From IMG/VR virus record IMGVR_UViG_3300042564_004737: a stretch of 64,000 bases of DNA; one strand, given 5' to 3'. Source of the DNA: a virus (taxonomy: Duplodnaviria; Heunggongvirae; Uroviricota; Caudoviricetes). Below are positions 62,401-64,000 of the stretch, one piece after another; positions within the stretch are counted from its first letter, which is position 1, and every line of letters begins with the position of its first letter. The translations under genes and the position numbers were made by a program. The notes below the pieces were generated by a model. That model was not told the DNA's origin. It worked only from the letters and a program-made list of their open reading frames with translations, and did not search any database.

Positions 62401-63862
62401 TGGCATTGGTACCCACGCCGCCGGCATAAACGTCGGCTCCTGATGCAGGCGGCAAGGTGATTTCTTGTCCAGGAAATATCACATCAGGATTGAGATTCTG
62501 GCCACCTACTGCGCCAGCGTCTGCTGCCAATTGTGGATTTAGCCCAACTAGTTCTTGTACCGATACACCGTTTGCTTGAGCAATCTGACTCAGTGTGTCG
62601 CCGGCTTGCACAGTGTATGTAGGCAAGTCAGGACCAGGTACAAATGTAGACGCCGCGGCAGCTGGATCGGTACCAGCGGCCGCCGCACCAGCTGCTGGGT
62701 CTGCCCCAAACATACCAGCAATAGATTGACCTGCCCAGGCCAATGCTGCTGCACCTGCACCTTTGCCAAACACACTGCTTAGTTTTTCGCCTTTGATTGC
62801 TGCGTCCAGGGCATAGGTTAGGCCAGCAATGACTGGAAGACTTGCACCACCTGTGGCCAGGCCTGTAATGGCCACCAATGCTGCTTTGGCAAATCCAGCA
62901 GACTTGGGATATTTCTTTACCAGCATGCGATACTTTTTGATCGCCTGCATTACTGCACCTTTTTGTCCGCCGGCCAGGCCAGCCAGGGCATCAGTGGCCT
63001 GATCATAAGCAGTGTCAACTGCTGACACAGGCACAGAATTCTGTACACCGCTCAACACCGTGTTGACCGAATCTCTGATACTGGCTGCAAGATCTGTGGC
63101 CTTGTCTTTGCCGCGTCCCAGCATGGTACGATTAGTGCCAGTTGCTGTGTTGGTCATTCCTGCTTCTGCGTCGGCAAACACCTGTAGAATTTCTTTTTCG
63201 CTCATGCGGCGTTCGGCAAGATAGCGTCCCACTTGCTTGAAACTGCGATAAACAGGATCTTGCAACAGCAAGGATTCGTCAATTCGTATGCGTTTGTTTG
63301 GCTCAGTAATTATTGTTTTAGAATTATTATGACCTCCCGCCATGCCCGACTCGTCCAGGCCACGGTCCTGGCGCCATTTGCGAACACTCTTGCCACGATC
63401 GCGACCGCTGCCTAGTTTGGGTCTATTATCGCCTAACTTTTCCGCCACACCTTGCTCTCTTAGCGGAGGAAATCTAGCCAGACTACGAATGAGTTGACTG
63501 GTCCAGCCCGAAACATCGCTTGACCCAATTTCGTCAACATCGCCTACGAAGTCTGCAATTTCGTCAATGGCCATTCCAACCACATCGGGGCCGTATTTGG
63601 CCAACACTTCGGGATGTTGTGTTATGATTCTGCGAGTGATAGCATTGGTCACTGAACTGTACTCACGGTTTTCTGTCACACCTTTGGTATCGTTGGCAAA
63701 CTGTTTCTTGGTTGCTTTGACAATGCCCTTGAATCTCTTGTTGCCACGAGCATAATCACCGGCCGCATCAGCAGCAGTGGCATCGGCACCAGCAGCTTTT
63801 TTGTAACTGGCCAAGGTGTCTGGACTCAACTCGTTTAATTTATACAGCTCATTTAAAATCAT
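59462..63862 (-). CDS. giant virion-associated protein with LysM domain (tape-measure / internal lysin-like)
   Basis: 1466 aa; LysM 'YTVQAGDTLSQIAQANGVSVQELVGLNPQL'; TATPTAPT linker repeats and Ala-rich low-complexity stretches. Confidence 0.5.
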   Translation of the reverse strand: MILNELYKLNELSPDTLASYKKAAGADATAADAAGDYARGNKRFKGIVKATKKQFANDTKGVTENREYSSVTNAITRRIITQHPEVLAKYGPDVVGMAIDEIADFVGDVDEIGSSDVSGWTSQLIRSLARFPPLREQGVAEKLGDNRPKLGSGRDRGKSVRKWRQDRGLDESGMAGGHNNSKTIITEPNKRIRIDESLLLQDPVYRSFKQVGRYLAERRMSEKEILQVFADAEAGMTNTATGTNRTMLGRGKDKATDLAASIRDSVNTVLSGVQNSVPVSAVDTAYDQATDALAGLAGGQKGAVMQAIKKYRMLVKKYPKSAGFAKAALVAITGLATGGASLPVIAGLTYALDAAIKGEKLSSVFGKGAGAAALAWAGQSIAGMFGADPAAGAAAAGTDPAAAASTFVPGPDLPTYTVQAGDTLSQIAQANGVSVQELVGLNPQLAADAGAVGGQNLNPDVIFPGQEITLPPASGADVYAGGVGTNANTMADIAKGNVPDSSITQTGSLERLGGVDAADVSQAAADPGKYSAPIDYSQSGPTSTDSLGQKLEYGIPVNDKGSFIPPNAGLPADELARQTAAYDAWKADFTKRFPSAELQPDGSMKATKPGLAPMYPSNYTPGSGGSGSIRPKGFTESVKLIRLPVSQLIDKKTTILNWKLNESIGRKSKTVNLTTAGAYTVFENVDRYRKAIMELKGVPGSTRPALYRPDMAGAPVAPAAKKPGLLSRGLSKVGGALSTFGRQFTTNVTKEKLKMNWHQKGKPSDSDQLAAWLVTQGVPQEVVTSVYSKMGLPVAAATVTATPTAPTVATPTAPTTATPTAPTTATPTTATATTTKPTAPAAAAGKFPGEDPQGAGYVGRREVARRQAARAAGAAKPAPAKTPNFSGPTGYSSVNTTVKQPAKQPAVAEGAMPAAVIRIKEKIRQMSDAEKKEYFQGKTREQLQQLARRHGYGENSNVYAKYAAQGLNEFAPGSGGGDDDIGDDPYKYPTPESYRRSADYFGQFEADHFDREDFDDATGVFKGYWGDKQIAYFKFNKPTQTGGDDPGRGWYYEPQSDSSDNTGTGPAVDRSDERKQQELGMIRAFLKSGNRPNPDSQIGRLMKKHGIEEDLSRRGFLQGLGAAAAGAVGVGAAGSAQARSTDASRKEDAEALALLAKGMTPEQVAKKLGVPGPNHGQTHHMGGRWASINRAAAQLQRQRGAEIKEGVSESAGDELESMLKSAGLPIRAIHEAAPRSNQIWTGNKPAATLPTTTAAAAAPKKPGLLTPNKSKEAAYAAANKAKAAAPAPAAAVPVAAPVAAPAASVAAKEPTPDSPTARYSGKTGELTAYGAELAAKEKADIQAAQAAAAANKAKAAPAAPVAAPAAPTTTGMFQPRTTSPATNPAGKKVDIVQAANTAMAAGGNPEAAAIAAMKAKNPKLAAMMAQAGLDDQGNDIAAAPVAEDSLAGMKRLAGIASVSPYNKLVN

Positions 63863-64000
63863 TATGCTTCCTCTATATAATCTGCTGACTCGTCTGTTGC
63901 TTTGTCACGCCCCAGATACATTTCCAATGCCATGTGTGCTTGGTCTAAATTTTTAAAACGGCTCTTCATTGAACGGCCGTTGTGTCGTATTTCAAATCCA

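Noticed and set aside
1-64000. CRISPR arrays, integrase/transposase, rRNA
   Set aside because: No spaced direct repeats of CRISPR type, no recombinase catalytic motifs and no rRNA-like conserved blocks were seen; tandem repeats present are intragenic (AKP repeat protein, LysM giant protein).

Overview
Gene-dense, almost entirely minus-strand region that looks like a large lytic dsDNA phage (myovirus-like). It has near-perfect coding density with many ATGA/GTGA stop-start overlaps. It encodes a family-B DNA polymerase (YGDTDS), a T4-RNaseH-like flap nuclease, ThyX, MazG, a MoxR/CobS-like AAA+ ATPase with a VWA partner, and a 1466-aa LysM-containing virion protein. A tRNA array of about 30 genes (18.5-29.3 kb) covers essentially all 20 amino acids, including three tRNA-CAT. 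The array is punctuated by a recurring extended -10 promoter (TGCTATAATATACACATA on the coding strand), strong rho-independent terminators and a family of palindromic elements. Most notable findings: (1) at the 3' end of the tRNA array, immediately after tRNA-Pro, there is what reads as a circularly permuted two-piece tmRNA (ssrA) with G3:U70 acceptor stem, T-arm, processing hairpin and a tag ORF ending LAV*; (2) a dispersed 7-deazaguanine DNA-modification set (TGT-like DpdA with the DSGGFQ motif, FolE, QueD-like, QueE-like radical SAM, and a PP-loop SGGxDS ATPase) lies inside a long run of sugar/amine-tailoring enzymes, hinting at an elaborated deazaguanine DNA modification; (3) host-like envelope genes are present (TctC/TctA transporter pair, Gram-negative porin, secreted subtilase, SPFH lipoprotein). 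No integrase, transposase, CRISPR array or rRNA was seen. All calls come from reading the sequence by eye; coordinates of RNA genes are +/- a few nt.
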